From an uncultured Actinomycetes bacterium (GTDB taxonomy: Bacteria; Actinomycetota; Thermoleophilia; RBG-16-64-13), in NCBI GenBank assembly GCA_963841735.1, contig CAWJDT010000001.1:1152001-1216000 (forward strand): 64,000 nt of DNA. The letters run 5' to 3'. Both the position numbers and the translations under genes were made by a program. Below the pieces are notes generated by a model, which was not told the DNA's origin, did no database searches, and was given only the letters and a program-made list of their open reading frames with translations. Of this stretch, positions 63,511 to 64,000 are shown one piece after another (the first letter of the stretch is position 1; every line of letters starts with the position of its first letter).

Positions 63511-64000
63511 GACGCGTCTCCCGCGTCTGCTGGTTCTCCCGGGTCTTCGGTGTCTGTTCCCTGTCGTACCAGGCTGAGGTACACGTCCTCCAGAGAGTGC
63601 TTCTGTTCGGTCACGCTCTTGATGCGGCCGCCAGCGTCGACCACCGCCTGGACCAGTTGAGGACTACCGGTCTCGGGATCGGCCAATTCCACCAAAAGGG
63701 AGTCCCCCTCCGCTGTGGCAGAGAGAACCCAGGCATGTGCGGCGAGGGCGGCGGCCACCCCTTCGAGCGGCGCCCCGTCCGCTGCCAACTCAATCGCGCT
63801 CCTGCGGCGAAACAGCTGTGCCCGCAGGTCTTGGGGCGTGCCCACGGCCAACAGCCGTGTCCGGAAGACGGCGATGCGGTGACACAGTTCCTCAGCCTCG
63901 GACAGAAGGTGGGTACAGAGAAGGATGGTGCGACCCTCGCGGGAAAGCCCGGCGATGAGGGCCCTCACCTCGAGCGCCGCCTCGGGGTCAAGACCGGCGG
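63507..64000 (-). CDS. ABC transporter ATP-binding protein (partial, runs off window edge)
   Basis: AGLDPEAA.EVR at the edge, ILLCTHLLSEAEELCHRIAV, SLEDVYL. Confidence 0.9.
   Translation of the reverse strand, partial: AGLDPEAALEVRALIAGLSREGRTILLCTHLLSEAEELCHRIAVFRTRLLAVGTPQDLRAQLFRRRSAIELAADGAPLEGVAAALAAHAWVLSATAEGDSLLVELADPETGSPQLVQAVVDAGGRIKSVTEQKHSLEDVYLSLVRQGTDTEDPGEPADAGDAS

Overview
GC-rich bacterial chromosome segment. Gene content and order suggest an anaerobic actinobacterium, possibly Thermoleophilia-like (inference). From left to right: (1) 1-9 kb, a partly decaying metal/Fe-S cluster (iscU, Mrp, two MinD-ferredoxin ATPases, DUF5320, three NifB/NifX domains, DUF134, MBL hydrolases, Fur/PerR, peroxiredoxin, ChrA). 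(2) A secreted papain-like (C39-like) cysteine hydrolase with two peptidoglycan-binding domains plus a partner lipoprotein, next to tRNA-Ser. (3) Housekeeping genes: pncB, serS, pheA, tRNA-Leu, the kinase-fhaA-fhaB-pstP-rodA-pbpA-pknB cluster, fused glyQS, ppdK-dgt-dnaG-rpoD, csp, gatCAB, a second RpoD-type sigma factor and copA. (4) After tRNA-Val, an accessory region with ~820 nt of hairpin-rich non-coding DNA, a second diverged copy of the hydrolase+lipoprotein module, an MNT-HEPN pair, an ECF sigma/anti-sigma pair and an ABC operon. The best candidate for an undescribed system is the duplicated, tRNA-associated cell-wall hydrolase/lipoprotein module, which looks like an effector-immunity or protease-inhibitor pair. 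Many core genes carry apparent single-base insertions that look like sequencing errors. All family assignments come from reading motifs by eye, not from database searches.
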